DNA of 64,000 nucleotides from Rhizophagus irregularis (Eukaryota). Location of the stretch: NCBI RefSeq assembly GCF_026210795.1, contig NC_089429.1, forward strand, positions 4,836,001 through 4,900,000, read 5' to 3'. The position numbers and the translations under genes are program-made. The notes under the pieces were generated by a model. The model did no database searches and had not been told where the DNA came from. It saw nothing but the letters and a program-made list of their open reading frames with translations. Below are positions 63,001 to 64,000 of the stretch, piece by piece; the first letter of the stretch is position 1; each line of letters starts with the position of its first letter.

Positions 63001-64000
63001 TTCTAAGAGTTCGTTTAGGGAAATTATTTTTTGAATTTTTTAACCAAAGGGACCGTTGGAACATTTTTTGATAGAGAATTTTTTTGATAGAGAATTTTCT
63101 AAGAGTTGGTTTGGAAAAATTATTTTTTGAGAATTTTTTAACTAAAGGTATCATTTGATAGAGAAATTTCTAAGAGTTCGTTTAGGGAAATTATTTTTTG
63201 TATTTTTTAATTAAGGGGATCGCTTAGGGCATTTTTGATAGAGAATTTTCTAATGATTCGTTTGGAGAGATTGTTTTTGAGAATTTTTTAATTAAAGGGA
63301 ACGTTTGGATATTTTTGATAGAGAATTTTCTAAGAATTTGTTTGGGAAATGGTTTTTCGAGAATTTTTTAGCTAAAAGGATCATTTAGGGCATTTTTTGA
63401 TTGAGAATTTTCTAAGAGTTCGTTTAGGGAAATTATTTTTTGAATTTTTTAATTAAGGGGATCGTTTAGGGCATTTTTTGATAGAGAATTTTCTAAGGAT
63501 TCGTTTGGAGAGATTATTTTTGAGAATTTTTTAACTAAAGGGAACGTTTGGAACATTTTTGATAGAGAATTTTCTAAGAGTTCGTTTGAGAAATGGTTTT
63601 TCGAGAATTTTTTAATTAAAAGGATCATTTAGGGCATTTTTTGATAGAGAAGTTTCTAAGAGTTCGTTTAGGGAAATTATTTTTTGAATTTTTTAATTAA
63701 GGGGATCGTTTAGGGCATTTTTTGATAGAGAATTTTCTAAGGATTCGTTTGGAGAGATTATTTTTGAGAATTTTTTAACTAAAGGGAACGTTTGGAACAT
63801 TTTTGATTGAGAATTTTCTAAGAGTTCGTTTGGAAAATAGTTTTTCGAGAATTTTTTAATCAAAAGGATCATTTAGGGCATTTTTTGATAGAGAATTTTC
63901 TAAGAGTTCGTTTAGGGAAATTATTTTTTGAATTTTTTAACCAAAGGAACCGTTGGAACATTTTTTGATAGAGAATTTTTTTGATAGAAAATTTTCTAAG
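60090..64000. repeat. Satellite DNA, ~81-bp monomer with higher-order repeats (e.g. 409 bp), runs off the window end
   Basis: GATAGAGAATTTTCTAAGAGTTCGTTT...GAGAATTTTTTAA...GGGCATTTTT recurs throughout; near-identical ORF translations at 62563 and 62972. Confidence 0.95.

Larger units (their letters stand above)
55791..64000. mobile_element. Large repeat-rich insertion beginning CACCCC (possible CMC/CACTA-Chapaev-Transib-type; may be composite; right end not in window)
   Basis: Sharp junction inside a gene, CAC terminus, dense subterminal tandem repeats; the displaced SPRY half is not seen in the remaining 8.2 kb. Confidence 0.55.

Noticed and set aside
60115..63154. Repeated 60-aa ORFs MIPSVKKFSK...
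   Set aside because: Translations of satellite units.

Overview
Very AT-rich eukaryotic DNA with short GT-AG introns. The gene families (BTB/POZ adaptors, F-box/LRR-like, tyrosine-kinase-like kinases) suggest an arbuscular mycorrhizal fungus (Glomeromycota, Rhizophagus-like); this is inference. The window is dominated by a birth-and-death cluster of about 13 intronless BTB-helical-SPRY/B30.2 loci: 5 intact, the rest pseudogenes or fragments. Their SPRY domains carry five hypervariable islands in a nearly invariant scaffold. Interspersed spliced genes, reconstructed by hand, are a non-RD TKL kinase, an orphan kinase-type 3' tail, a decayed C2H2 zinc-finger gene, a class A flavin monooxygenase and a 7TM GPCR-like protein; there is also one intronless F-box-like gene. 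Mobile DNA is abundant: 3 Helitron 3' ends, a MULE with a 9-bp TSD and 50-bp minisatellite, several MITEs, a putative solo LTR, and a >8 kb CAC-terminated insertion that truncates a BTB gene. The most unusual structure is tandem arrays of ~120-bp units, each a short spliceosomal-type intron plus a ~35-nt micro-exon with no conserved frame, inside non-autonomous mobile elements. All coordinates were read by eye; ends of degenerate features are approximate.
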